Source of the DNA: Escherichia phage PhiNW-E1
Reading direction: 5' to 3' (one strand)
DNA length: 45,197 nt
Sequence record: PQ476011.1
In this document: in pieces, positions 8,114 to 15,739 of the stretch
Layout of the letters: each line of letters begins with the position of its first letter
Numbering within the stretch: the stretch's first letter is position 1
The notes under the pieces: generated by a model
What the model was told of the DNA's origin: nothing
Seen by the model: only the letters and a program-made list of their open reading frames with translations
Database searches by the model: none
Translations under genes and position numbers: made by a program

Positions 8114-8961
8114 AGGTTAATATCTTAGTGTACACAAGGGCAGACTTAGGTTTGCTCTTAGTGTAATCCAAGGAGGTAACATGCAAGAGGAGAATTGGGA
8201 TGTGTAATGTTGGATATGGAGAAGGTTGAACCTTAGTGTTGTACAAGGATTAACCAAAGTAAAAATTTTGATATAGGCGTGTGTGAGGTGTCTCGCCCTC
8301 GCCCTCGCCGGATTTCCCCCATATGGGGCCGCGCTGCGGTTGGCTTGGGAATTGGGCTAGGCTGGTCCGTCTTCGACGGGTGGCCTAGGGCTTGCCGAAG
8401 TCTGCTCTTAGTGGCTGCACAAGGAGAACGCCTAGGAAGCGCTAGGGCACGCCTTAGTATTGGACAAGGTGATTGCCTTAGTGCAACCGCTTAGGGCTTA
8501 CACAGGCCGTTTTAGGGCCATTCCTGAGCATTTGACAGGGTGAGCGTGGGTTGGCTATCTGTTCGTTTCGCTCCACTACGTTACGCTACACTCACCGCGC
8601 TTGTGTACCTTAGGTTATTCCTTGATGGATAGCTTAGGTTAGCCTTAGTGGACTACCTTAGTTAAAGCCTTAGTGCTTAGCTTAGTATCAGCTTAGTAGT
8701 GTACCTTAGTCAGACTTAGTGTCTTCTCTTAGTGATTGCACATGCAAGCATGTAAGATGCCATTAGGTCGCGGTCGGTAGACCGCTAAAGAAAGAGAATA
8801 GTAATAAGATGCAGTAGGAGGAACACCAGAAACCTAGCCAACCTAGTCTATCCTAGCTCTGTATCTATTGCTTTCCTTAGTCTCACATGTTAGACAACCT
8901 ATGTTTATCTTAGTAGTTGTGACATGTATCACATAAATAATCTATCTTAGTGAAACTTAGT
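8114..8961. repeat. Array of about 25 CTTAGT-type short direct repeats in an ORF-poor region (presumed genome terminus / packaging region)
   Basis: Five longer units CTTAGTR-N4-6-CAAGG at 8114-8129, 8147-8163, 8232-8248, 8407-8424, 8458-8474; a GC-rich island at about 8285-8600 holds CTCGCC x3 (8292-8309) and palindrome CCCCCATATGGGG (8316-8328). Confidence 0.6.
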
Positions 8962-8962
8962 G

Positions 8963-8991
8963 TTGACATAGGCAATCAACTGGTATACATT
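8963..8991 (+). promoter_or_regulatory. Host sigma70-type early promoter
   Basis: TTGACA 8963-8968, 17-bp spacer, TACATT 8986-8991. Confidence 0.5.
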
Positions 8992-9141
8992 AGCAATCAC
9001 TGAGACGGACCTAGCAAGCTGTCTCAGGTTATAAGCAGGAGAATTGATGCGTAAGCCATAGCTAGTGGATGTAGTCGCATGAAGGCTTGAGTAAGGGGCC
9101 GCTTAATACCTTCTTCCTCTGGAGACAACGCTTATAACACT

Positions 9142-9154
9142 GCTCTTTAACAAT
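9142..9154 (+). promoter_or_regulatory. Conserved early-region motif GCTCTTTAACAAT, copy 1 (candidate RNase III processing site)
   Basis: One of four copies of a 13-mer in intergenic early-region positions; the same motif is in the T7 gene 0.3 leader as I recall it. Confidence 0.4.
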
Positions 9155-9212
9155 CTGCTTAGTGTAACCTATGTATGCCGTGGTTAATTACTTATTGAAT
9201 GAAGGATTAACT

Positions 9213-9440
9213 ATGAAAGTACAAGTAAAAGCGTACAACATGCCAGTTGATGAGATTCAGCACTTCCTCGATAAGGGTTATGACTTATGTAAGATGCGCA
9301 CACCAGATAACTATGACTACTCACCTAAATATCTGCATTATATTGATCTTAAGATGGGTAAGAAGTTAGTTATTACAGGTACTGCATATAACCGCATTAT
9401 CAAAGTTCTTAAAGAGGGTGCTAATCATGACATTAAATAA
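9213..9440 (+). CDS. Early hypothetical protein
   Basis: 75 aa from ATG 9213 (RBS AAGGA 9203-9207); first ORF after the early promoter. Confidence 0.5.
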   Translation: MKVQVKAYNMPVDEIQHFLDKGYDLCKMRTPDNYDYSPKYLHYIDLKMGKKLVITGTAYNRIIKVLKEGANHDIK

Positions 9441-9606
9441 CCGTGAACTGCACGTTATCTTCACCTTGTTATGTTACATGATTCGTAACAACGAATTACT
9501 TACAGATGATGAGTTAGCCTTGTATCACCGCTTTCTTAACGAAGGTTGGACCGATATAGTTAATCAATACCGTAACATGATAGATGAGTTGAGGGAGGGT
9601 AAATAA
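9427..9606 (+). CDS. Early hypothetical protein
   Basis: 59 aa; compact overlap with the upstream gene. Confidence 0.45.
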   Translation: MTLNNRELHVIFTLLCYMIRNNELLTDDELALYHRFLNEGWTDIVNQYRNMIDELREGK

Positions 9607-9830
9607 TGTATCAACATGAGGTATTCTTTGAATCAGCTAGCGAAGCTATTCGCTTCCGTGATGATATGATGCAAGCTGGTGTAGGCGTTGATGTGTATCA
9701 CTATTTGATAGACTACGACACTGAATATCACCGAGTTACCTTAGTATCTGAGTATGACAACCAAGTCATTACTGAGTATCTAGGTAGTGAAGATTATGAT
9801 TACGATGAAGTAATCACGACAAATCTCTAA
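9606..9830 (+). CDS. Early hypothetical acidic protein
   Basis: 74 aa; RBS GAGGGAGGG 9590-9598; Asp/Glu/Tyr-rich. Confidence 0.55.
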   Translation: MYQHEVFFESASEAIRFRDDMMQAGVGVDVYHYLIDYDTEYHRVTLVSEYDNQVITEYLGSEDYDYDEVITTNL

Positions 9831-9838
9831 ATTAACTA

Positions 9839-9867
9839 TTGACAACCACGGCATACAAGGTTACATT
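9839..9867 (+). promoter_or_regulatory. Host sigma70-type promoter
   Basis: TTGACA 9839-9844, 17-bp spacer, TACATT 9862-9867; same -10 context (TACATTA) as the 8963 promoter. Confidence 0.45.
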
Positions 9868-9900
9868 AAGCATCAAGACGGCGACGTCTTTAAACATCAC

Positions 9901-9913
9901 GCTCTTTAACAAT
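9901..9913 (+). promoter_or_regulatory. Conserved motif GCTCTTTAACAAT, copy 2
   Basis: Preceded by hairpin AAGACG-GCGA-CGTCTT. Confidence 0.4.
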
Positions 9914-10057
9914 AGAGATTAGGCCGGGAGTATCGGTGTGAGGGACAAGGAGGCTTTCCCACAATTAAACTGGTGGCAAAAGGATTGCCCAGCTTTATAG
10001 CCCAGTTATGGATAGCAATAGCGTAAGGATGGCAGCACACCCGCGAGTCTAATCTCT
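9914..10057 (+). ncRNA. ORF-less structured element between motif copies 2 and 3 (candidate small RNA or processing substrate)
   Basis: 144 nt with no ORF over 15 codons; ends pair as AGAGATTAG (9914-9922) with CTAATCTCT (10049-10057); internal hairpins. Confidence 0.3.
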
Positions 10058-10058
10058 A

Positions 10059-10071
10059 GCTCTTTAACAAT
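10059..10071 (+). promoter_or_regulatory. Conserved motif GCTCTTTAACAAT, copy 3
   Basis: Immediately 3' of the closing stem of the 9914-10057 element. Confidence 0.4.
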
Positions 10072-10116
10072 CTGGTTTGTGTCTTGATAGGCTTACTAAC
10101 AGAAAGGTAAATTATC

Positions 10117-10284
10117 ATGGAAACTTTAATCGTTACCACTACAATCAACGGCGTAAGTATCAGCATAACTAAGTATTCTTCCGAAGAGTATGAAGTGAAT
10201 CACGGAATAGCTGCTATGGTGTATGACAACTTGGCAGATGCCGTGGAGCATTGGATACAGTCATGTAAGGCTGCAATTAAGTAG
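10117..10284 (+). CDS. Early hypothetical protein (55 aa)
   Basis: Hand-translated; RBS AAAGG 10103-10107; flanked by 9-nt inverted repeat CTTGATAGG (10083-10091) / CCTATCAAG (10310-10318). Confidence 0.45.
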   Translation: METLIVTTTINGVSISITKYSSEEYEVNHGIAAMVYDNLADAVEHWIQSCKAAIK

Positions 10285-10329
10285 GAAAGATAAGGCTGGC
10301 ACTAGCCAGCCTATCAAGGCACAAGCCAC

Positions 10330-10342
10330 GCTCTTTAACAAT
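10330..10342 (+). promoter_or_regulatory. Conserved motif GCTCTTTAACAAT, copy 4
   Basis: Preceded by hairpin GGCTGGC-ACTA-GCCAGCC (10294-10311); lies in the leader of the ocr-like gene. Confidence 0.4.
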
Positions 10343-10438
10343 ATGGGTAGTCGCTTCTTAGTCTGGATAGGTTAAACCTAGGAGATTCTCTTGAGTCTCC
10401 TATAATGTAACCTAACTAACTAAATGAGGATTAATAAC

Positions 10439-10795
10439 ATGGCTATGTCTAATAAGACTTACTCTCAGGTTTACAACACCGCTCATGCTGCATTAGTTGA
10501 ACGTATCTGGGATGATGCTATTGATTGTATCGATAACGCACATGATGCAATCCATGAGGTGGCGGATAGTGCTGTACCAATCTATTATGCTGACACCTTC
10601 TCGGTGATGGCCAGTGAAGGCATCGACCACTTCTTCGAGGATTCTGGCTTAATGCCAGACACTAAGGATGTGACGGTCGTACTACAAGCCCGTATTTATG
10701 AACAACTCACCATTGATTTATGGGAACGTGTTCAAGATATGATTGATGCGTACATCGATTCCGCTGAGGATTCAGAAGAAGAGGAGGAAGAATAA
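10439..10795 (+). CDS. ocr: Ocr-like DNA mimic, anti-restriction protein (T7 gp0.3 homolog)
   Basis: 118 aa; MAMSNKTY...[60 protein letters not shown] plus poly-Glu tail matches T7 Ocr as I recall it; RBS GAGGA 10425-10429. Confidence 0.8.
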   Translation: MAMSNKTYSQVYNTAHAALVERIWDDAIDCIDNAHDAIHEVADSAVPIYYADTFSVMASEGIDHFFEDSGLMPDTKDVTVVLQARIYEQLTIDLWERVQDMIDAYIDSAEDSEEEEEE

Positions 10796-10797
10796 AG

Positions 10798-10911
10798 ATG
10801 GAAAGGCAATATAACTTCATCTTCTCAGACGGTGTAACCCTGAAATGTTCCTTACGATTTGCGCAGATTCGTGAGGAAGTACTAGGAACTACATACAAGC
10901 TATTTAGCTGA
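10798..10911 (+). CDS. Small hypothetical protein (37 aa)
   Basis: Hand-translated; starts 3 nt after the ocr stop; no clear RBS. Confidence 0.3.
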   Translation: MERQYNFIFSDGVTLKCSLRFAQIREEVLGTTYKLFS

Positions 10912-10924
10912 CACTATAAGAGAA
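10902..10924 (+). promoter_or_regulatory. Variant phage promoter-like sequence
   Basis: ATTTAGCTGACACTATAAGAGAA; resembles the SP6-type ATTTAGGTGACACTATAG but has A at the +1 position. Confidence 0.35.
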
Positions 10925-10986
10925 GGCTTAACAAGGCGTTGCTACGGTAGCGCCTGATTAAACTTTCACTTACTAGGGTTAAGATT

Positions 10987-11214
10987 ATGGATTTAGATAG
11001 CATCATTATGGCATTTGCTCTTATTGGCTTAAGCTGGTGCTCCTATCACCTTTACCGTGAGTTCTTATTTGATAAAGCTAAACGCAAACTAAGAAAGGAA
11101 GGCGGTAATTACCTTTGTATAAGAGGTGGCTTAGTCGAATACATTGCACCTAACGGCATGGAGTGCGCCATTAACAAAGATGCATTTATAGAGACGTGGC
11201 ATTACATCAAGTAG
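10987..11214 (+). CDS. Early hypothetical membrane protein
   Basis: 75 aa; N-terminal TMD IIMAFALIGLSWCSY. Confidence 0.5.
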   Translation: MDLDSIIMAFALIGLSWCSYHLYREFLFDKAKRKLRKEGGNYLCIRGGLVEYIAPNGMECAINKDAFIETWHYIK

Positions 11215-11278
11215 CTAGCCTATAGCCTACCTGTGTGGGCTATGTGATATTTACTTACCACTATATAAGGTGACTATT

Positions 11279-12163
11279 ATGACTACTGAAAACACCCTCC
11301 TGTCTGTCCGCGAAGCTGCAACCGCTGAGATTAAGCAGCATTTGGATAATATCGGCACTTCTTACATCAAAGTAGGTGCTTGTCTGAATGAGTTACGCGG
11401 AGACTTCGAAGGTCAAAAAGAGTTCTTAGCCTATGTTGAAGCAGAGTTCGGCATCAAGAAAGCACAATGCTACAAGCTGATGAGTGTAGCCCGTGTCTTT
11501 GAAGGTGACGAACGATTCAAAGGCGTGGCTATGCGTGTAATGCTGGCGCTTGTTCCTTTCGCTGATGAGAGTATCATCATGGAGAAGGCCGCAGAACTTG
11601 CCGCAGAGGGCAAGCTGGACACTAACGCCGTAAACGCCCTAATTGAGTCTAAGAAAGAGCCAAAGGCCGAGACGGTACAATCTAAGGCTGAGCCAGTAAA
11701 ACCGCAGGAGAACGCGGCTGATGCCGCAGAATCACAGGAAACGCAAGCGCCGCAGGTAGTGCCGCCAATGAGTGAGCCGGACACCGACGAATCCGCACCG
11801 TGGGAGGGCGAAAGCAAGCCGGAAGCACCTAAGGCTGCGCCTCTGGACAACACTGCTAACACAGAGAACGCCGCCATGGCTGGCCTGTTGGCACAAATTA
11901 AGGCACTGACTGAGCAATTACAGGCGGCTAACGACCGCATCGCAGCTCTAACCAGTGCACGTGAAAGCAAGAAGGCAGCCGCGCCTATGCTCCCACAATT
12001 CAAATCCAAATGTTTCTATGCTCGCTTGGGTTTGAGTGCTGAGGAGGCAGAGAAGAAAACAGCAGTGAACAAGGCACGCCGCGAACTGGTTAAACTGGGA
12101 TACGGTGAAGGCCATGAGGCATGGCCCTTAATCTCTGAGGCAGTAGAAGAATTAACTAAGTAA
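11279..12163 (+). CDS. Early hypothetical protein with Ala/Pro/Glu-rich linker
   Basis: 294 aa from ATG 11279 (RBS AAGG 11267-11270); no catalytic motif recognised. Confidence 0.6.
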   Translation: MTTENTLLSVREAATAEIKQHLDNIGTSYIKVGACLNELRGDFEGQKEFLAYVEAEFGIKKAQCYKLMSVARVFEGDERFKGVAMRVMLALVPFADESIIMEKAAELAAEGKLDTNAVNALIESKKEPKAETVQSKAEPVKPQENAADAAESQETQAPQVVPPMSEPDTDESAPWEGESKPEAPKAAPLDNTANTENAAMAGLLAQIKALTEQLQAANDRIAALTSARESKKAAAPMLPQFKSKCFYARLGLSAEEAEKKTAVNKARRELVKLGYGEGHEAWPLISEAVEELTK

Positions 12164-12226
12164 CCTTATCGGTGGCATCTTCTTAGGTGTCACCTATTAA
12201 GGTTTCTTTCACTAGGAGTAAACAAG

Positions 12227-14854
12227 ATGCAAGACCTACACGCTATTCAACTTCAACTTGAAGAAGAAATGTTTAACGGCGGTATCCGTCGCTTTGAAGC
12301 GGACCAACAACGCCAGATTGCATCCGGTAATGAATCAGACACGGCATGGAATCGCCGTTTATTGTCCGAGTTAATCGCGCCAATGGCTGAAGGTATTCAG
12401 GCATACAAGGAAGAGTATGAAGGTAAAAGAGGCCGTGCACCGCGTGCATTAGCTTTCATTAACTGCGTAGAAAACGAAGTGGCAGCATATATCACGATGA
12501 AAATCGTTATGGATATGCTGAATACAGACGTTACCTTACAAGCAATCGCTATGAATGTAGCGGACCGCATCGAAGACCAAGTACGTTTTAGCAAGCTGGA
12601 AGGTCACGCAGCTAAGTACTTTGAGAAAGTGAAGAAGTCGCTTAAGGCTAGCAAGACTAAATCTTATCGTCATGCGCACAACGTAGCGGTAGTAGCTGAG
12701 AAATCTGTTGCTGACCGTGACGCGGATTTCTCCCGTTGGGAGGCATGGCCTAAAGATACCTTGCTACAAATCGGTATGACCTTGCTAGAAATACTGGAAA
12801 ATAGTGTATTCTTCAATGGTCAGCCTGTCTTTCTTCGCACCTTGCGCACTAATGGTGGCAAGCATGGCGTTTACTACTTACAGACCAGTGAACACGTAGG
12901 GGAATGGATTACAGCATTTAAAGAACATGTAGCGCAACTTAGCCCGGCTTATGCACCTTGCGTTATACCTCCTCGTCCGTGGGTTTCTCCTTTTAATGGC
13001 GGTTTTCACACTGAGAAGGTAGCAAGTCGTGTGCGTCTTGTTAAAGGCAGCCGTGAACACGTCCGCAAGCTGACCAAAAAGCAAATGCCAGCGGTTTACA
13101 AGGCTGTTAACGCTTTGCAGGCGACTAAATGGCAGGTTAACAAGGAAGTTTTACAGGTTGTTGAGGACGTAATACGGCTTGATTTAGGCTATGGCGTACC
13201 TTCCTTCAAACCACTCATCGACCGCGAGAACAAGCCAGCTAATCCGGTGCCGTTAGAGTTCCAGCACCTGCGAGGCCGTGAACTGAAAGAAATGTTAACA
13301 CCGGAACAATGGCAAGCCTTCATCAACTGGAAAGGTGAATGCACCAAGCTGTATACCGCTGAGACTAAGCGCGGCAGCAAATCGGCGGCGACCGTCCGCA
13401 TGGTAGGGCAGGCCCGTAAATACAGCCAATTTGACGCAATATACTTCGTGTATGCTCTGGACAGCCGCAGCCGCGTCTACGCGCAATCTAGCACGCTCTC
13501 TCCGCAATCAAACGACTTAGGCAAGGCATTGCTCCGTTTTACCGAAGGGCAGCGTCTTGATAGCGCTGAGGCGCTTAAGTGGTTTTTGGTGAACGGGGCT
13601 AATAACTGGGGTTGGGATAAGAAAACTTTTGACGTGCGCACCGCTAACGTGCTGGATAGTGAATTTCAAGACATGTGCCGCGACATTGCAGCGGATCCGC
13701 TGACCTTCACTCAATGGGTAAATGCCGACTCCCCTTACGGCTTCCTTGCATGGTGCTTTGAATATGCGCGTTATCTGGATGCACTGGATGAAGGCACGCA
13801 AGACCAATTCATGACGCACCTCCCAGTCCATCAAGATGGTAGTTGTTCTGGTATCCAGCACTACAGTGCTATGCTACGCGATGCAGTAGGTGCGAAAGCG
13901 GTAAACCTTAAGCCCTCTGACTCACCTCAAGATATTTATGGTGCCGTTGCGCAGGTAGTAATTCAGAAGAATTATGCATACATGAATGCAGAGGATGCGG
14001 AAACCTTCACTTCTGGCAGCGTGACTTTAACAGGTGCAGAACTTCGTAGCATGGCTAGTGCGTGGGATATGATAGGAATCACTCGCGGCCTGACCAAAAA
14101 GCCTGTAATGACACTACCTTATGGCAGCACACGTCTAACCTGCCGTGAATCAGTGATTGATTATATCGTTGATTTGGAAGAAAAAGAGGCCCAACGGGCT
14201 ATTGCGGAAGGGCGTACCGCCAATCCTGTACATCCTTTTGATAATGACCGCAAAGACAGCCTGACACCTAGCGCAGCTTATAACTATATGACAGCTTTAA
14301 TCTGGCCTTCTATTTCGGAAGTGGTTAAAGCTCCTATAGTGGCAATGAAAATGATTCGTCAGCTTGCACGTTTCGCAGCTAAAAGAAACGAAGGCTTAGA
14401 ATATCCCTTACCAACTGGCTTCATCTTGCAACAAAAGATAATGGCTACCGATATGCTCCGCGTATCCACTTGCTTGATGGGTGAAATCAAGATGAGTCTC
14501 CAGATTGAAACAGATGTAGTTGATGAAACGGCAATGATGGGTGCGGCTGCCCCTAACTTCGTCCATGGTCACGATGCTAGCCACCTGATTCTGACTGTAT
14601 GTGACCTAGTGGATAAAGGTATTACATCCATTGCAGTCATCCATGATTCTTTCGGTACTCATGCAGGACGTACCGCAGACCTGCGGGATAGCTTAAGGGA
14701 AGAAATGGTTAAGATGTATCAAAACCATAATGCCCTGCAAAACCTGCTAGATGTGCACGAAGAGCGTTGGTTAGTAGACACCGGAATCCAAGTACCAGAG
14801 CAAGGAGAGTTTGACCTTAACGAAATCTTAGTTTCAGACTATTGTTTCGCATAA
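12227..14854 (+). CDS. Single-subunit DNA-dependent RNA polymerase (T7 gene 1 family)
   Basis: 875 aa; RBS AGGAG; C-terminal ...AVIHDSFGT...ILVSDYCFA matches the T7 RNAP C-terminus (HDSFGT motif C, FAFA-type end). Confidence 0.95.
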   Translation: MQDLHAIQLQLEEEMFNGGIRRFEADQQRQIASGNESDTAWNRRLLSELIAPMAEGIQAYKEEYEGKRGRAPRALAFINCVENEVAAYITMKIVMDMLNTDVTLQAIAMNVADRIEDQVRFSKLEGHAAKYFEKVKKSLKASKTKSYRHAHNVAVVAEKSVADRDADFSRWEAWPKDTLLQIGMTLLEILENSVFFNGQPVFLRTLRTNGGKHGVYYLQTSEHVGEWITAFKEHVAQLSPAYAPCVIPPRPWVSPFNGGFHTEKVASRVRLVKGSREHVRKLTKKQMPAVYKAVNALQATKWQVNKEVLQVVEDVIRLDLGYGVPSFKPLIDRENKPANPVPLEFQHLRGRELKEMLTPEQWQAFINWKGECTKLYTAETKRGSKSAATVRMVGQARKYSQFDAIYFVYALDSRSRVYAQSSTLSPQSNDLGKALLRFTEGQRLDSAEALKWFLVNGANNWGWDKKTFDVRTANVLDSEFQDMCRDIAADPLTFTQWVNADSPYGFLAWCFEYARYLDALDEGTQDQFMTHLPVHQDGSCSGIQHYSAMLRDAVGAKAVNLKPSDSPQDIYGAVAQVVIQKNYAYMNAEDAETFTSGSVTLTGAELRSMASAWDMIGITRGLTKKPVMTLPYGSTRLTCRESVIDYIVDLEEKEAQRAIAEGRTANPVHPFDNDRKDSLTPSAAYNYMTALIWPSISEVVKAPIVAMKMIRQLARFAAKRNEGLEYPLPTGFILQQKIMATDMLRVSTCLMGEIKMSLQIETDVVDETAMMGAAAPNFVHGHDASHLILTVCDLVDKGITSIAVIHDSFGTHAGRTADLRDSLREEMVKMYQNHNALQNLLDVHEERWLVDTGIQVPEQGEFDLNEILVSDYCFA

Positions 14855-14862
14855 TATTAATA

Positions 14863-14893
14863 GGCCATTCCTTAGGGAGTGGCCTTTTTCTTT
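14863..14893 (+). terminator. Intrinsic terminator after the RNAP gene
   Basis: GGCCATTCC-TTAG-GGAGTGGCC 9-bp stem (one G-U) followed by TTTTTCTTT. Confidence 0.6.
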
Positions 14894-14928
14894 ACCTACT
14901 ACCTGTAACATTTCATTAACATAAAAGT

Positions 14929-14944
14929 GTCTCACATGTGAGAC
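14929..14944. repeat. 16-bp perfect palindrome GTCTCACATGTGAGAC, copy 1
   Basis: One of six copies; 3 bp upstream of promoter 14947. Confidence 0.7.
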
Positions 14945-14946
14945 TT

Positions 14947-14969
14947 ATTTACCGGACACTATAGGATAG
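14947..14969 (+). promoter_or_regulatory. Phage RNAP promoter
   Basis: TATTTACCGGACACTATAGGATAG; +1 G at 14964. Confidence 0.65.
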
Positions 14970-15119
14970 CCGTCGGAGACGGGAAAGAAAGGGAAGATAA
15001 AGGATATAAAGGAAGTAATAGGTATTAAAGGTTATATAGGTTATCTAGGAATACCTAGGAATACCTATTACCTTCTTCCTTCCTCTTATTACCACTTAGA
15101 GGAAGGGCAGACCTAGGTT

Positions 15120-15135
15120 GTCTCACATGTGAGAC
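15120..15135. repeat. 16-bp palindrome GTCTCACATGTGAGAC, copy 2
   Basis: Immediately upstream of promoter-like 15141. Confidence 0.7.
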
Positions 15136-15140
15136 TTCGT

Positions 15141-15163
15141 ATTTACCGGACAGTATAGATAAG
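15141..15163 (+). promoter_or_regulatory. Variant phage promoter (C to G at -5)
   Basis: ATTTACCGGACAGTATAGATAAG; tandem with promoter 14947 across an AT-rich repeat region. Confidence 0.45.
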
Positions 15164-15185
15164 ATTAACTTACTTTGGAGGTTAC

Positions 15186-15602
15186 ATGCGTAAATCATTA
15201 GCTCAAAGAGTAGAGCAAGCAGGTTATACTATACAAGACGACGGTACTATCAAAGGTAGGCGAGGTAACATCTTGAAACCTTGGCTTCAATCTTCAGGTT
15301 ATCCAGTTGTAAATATAGTATTCAAGAAAGGTACAAGGACAACTACCCTTGTGCATCGCATAATTGCTAGTAAGTATTGTCCTTGCTCTGACCCGTTGGC
15401 TAATGATGTAAACCACAAAGACGGAATCAAGACTAATAATGCAGCTTCTAATCTTGAATGGATTACACGTAGGCAGAACCGTAATCACTATTTAGGTTTT
15501 GAGGACTATATGACACTTACGGCAGATGATGCCCGTAAGAAGAATAATGAGCGCACTATTGCTCGACGTAAATTACTTAAACAGTTGAATAATAAGGACT
15601 AA
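15186..15602 (+). CDS. HNH homing endonuclease (free-standing)
   Basis: 138 aa; RBS GGAGG; VHRIIASKY...NHKDGIKTNNAASNLEWITRRQN; paralog of 293-745. Confidence 0.75.
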   Translation: MRKSLAQRVEQAGYTIQDDGTIKGRRGNILKPWLQSSGYPVVNIVFKKGTRTTTLVHRIIASKYCPCSDPLANDVNHKDGIKTNNAASNLEWITRRQNRNHYLGFEDYMTLTADDARKKNNERTIARRKLLKQLNNKD

Positions 15603-15604
15603 TT

Positions 15605-15736
15605 ATGCGTACTAACTTCGAAAAGATGACCCGTAAGGCTAACCGTTTTGACATGGAAGAAGGGCAGAAGAAAGGCAAGAAGCTGAATAAACCTGTCCGT
15701 GACCGTGCATCTAAACGCGCTGCGTGGGAGTTCTAA
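15605..15736 (+). CDS. Small basic protein, T7 gp1.1-like
   Basis: 43 aa, hand-translated (MRTNFEKMTRKANRF...KLNKPVRDRASKRAAWEF); resembles T7 gp1.1 as I recall it. Confidence 0.6.
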   Translation: MRTNFEKMTRKANRFDMEEGQKKGKKLNKPVRDRASKRAAWEF

Positions 15737-15739
15737 GTT

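Noticed and set aside
8279-8494. 71-aa ORF in the GC-rich island
   Set aside because: Lies in the repeat-rich presumed terminal region; no RBS; Arg/Gly/Ala-rich translation reflects GC skew, not coding signal.
8532-8560. Additional sigma70-like promoter (TTGACA ... CTATCT)
   Set aside because: Good -35 but a poor -10 hexamer; weaker than the two reported early promoters.
8114-8961. CTTAGT repeat array as a CRISPR array
   Set aside because: Units are only 6-17 bp with irregular spacing and no conserved 28-37 bp repeat/spacer periodicity; no cas genes.
11247-11270. Promoter-like sequence ATTTACTTACCACTATATAAGG upstream of gene 11279
   Set aside because: Matches the promoter consensus at about 19 of 23 positions but differs at the -11 to -8 specificity positions and at +1; more likely a degenerate relic than a functional promoter.
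11470-12009. 179-aa Ala/Ser-rich ORF on the minus strand
   Set aside because: Antisense image of the Ala/Pro/Glu-rich linker of plus-strand gene 11279-12163; no start context.
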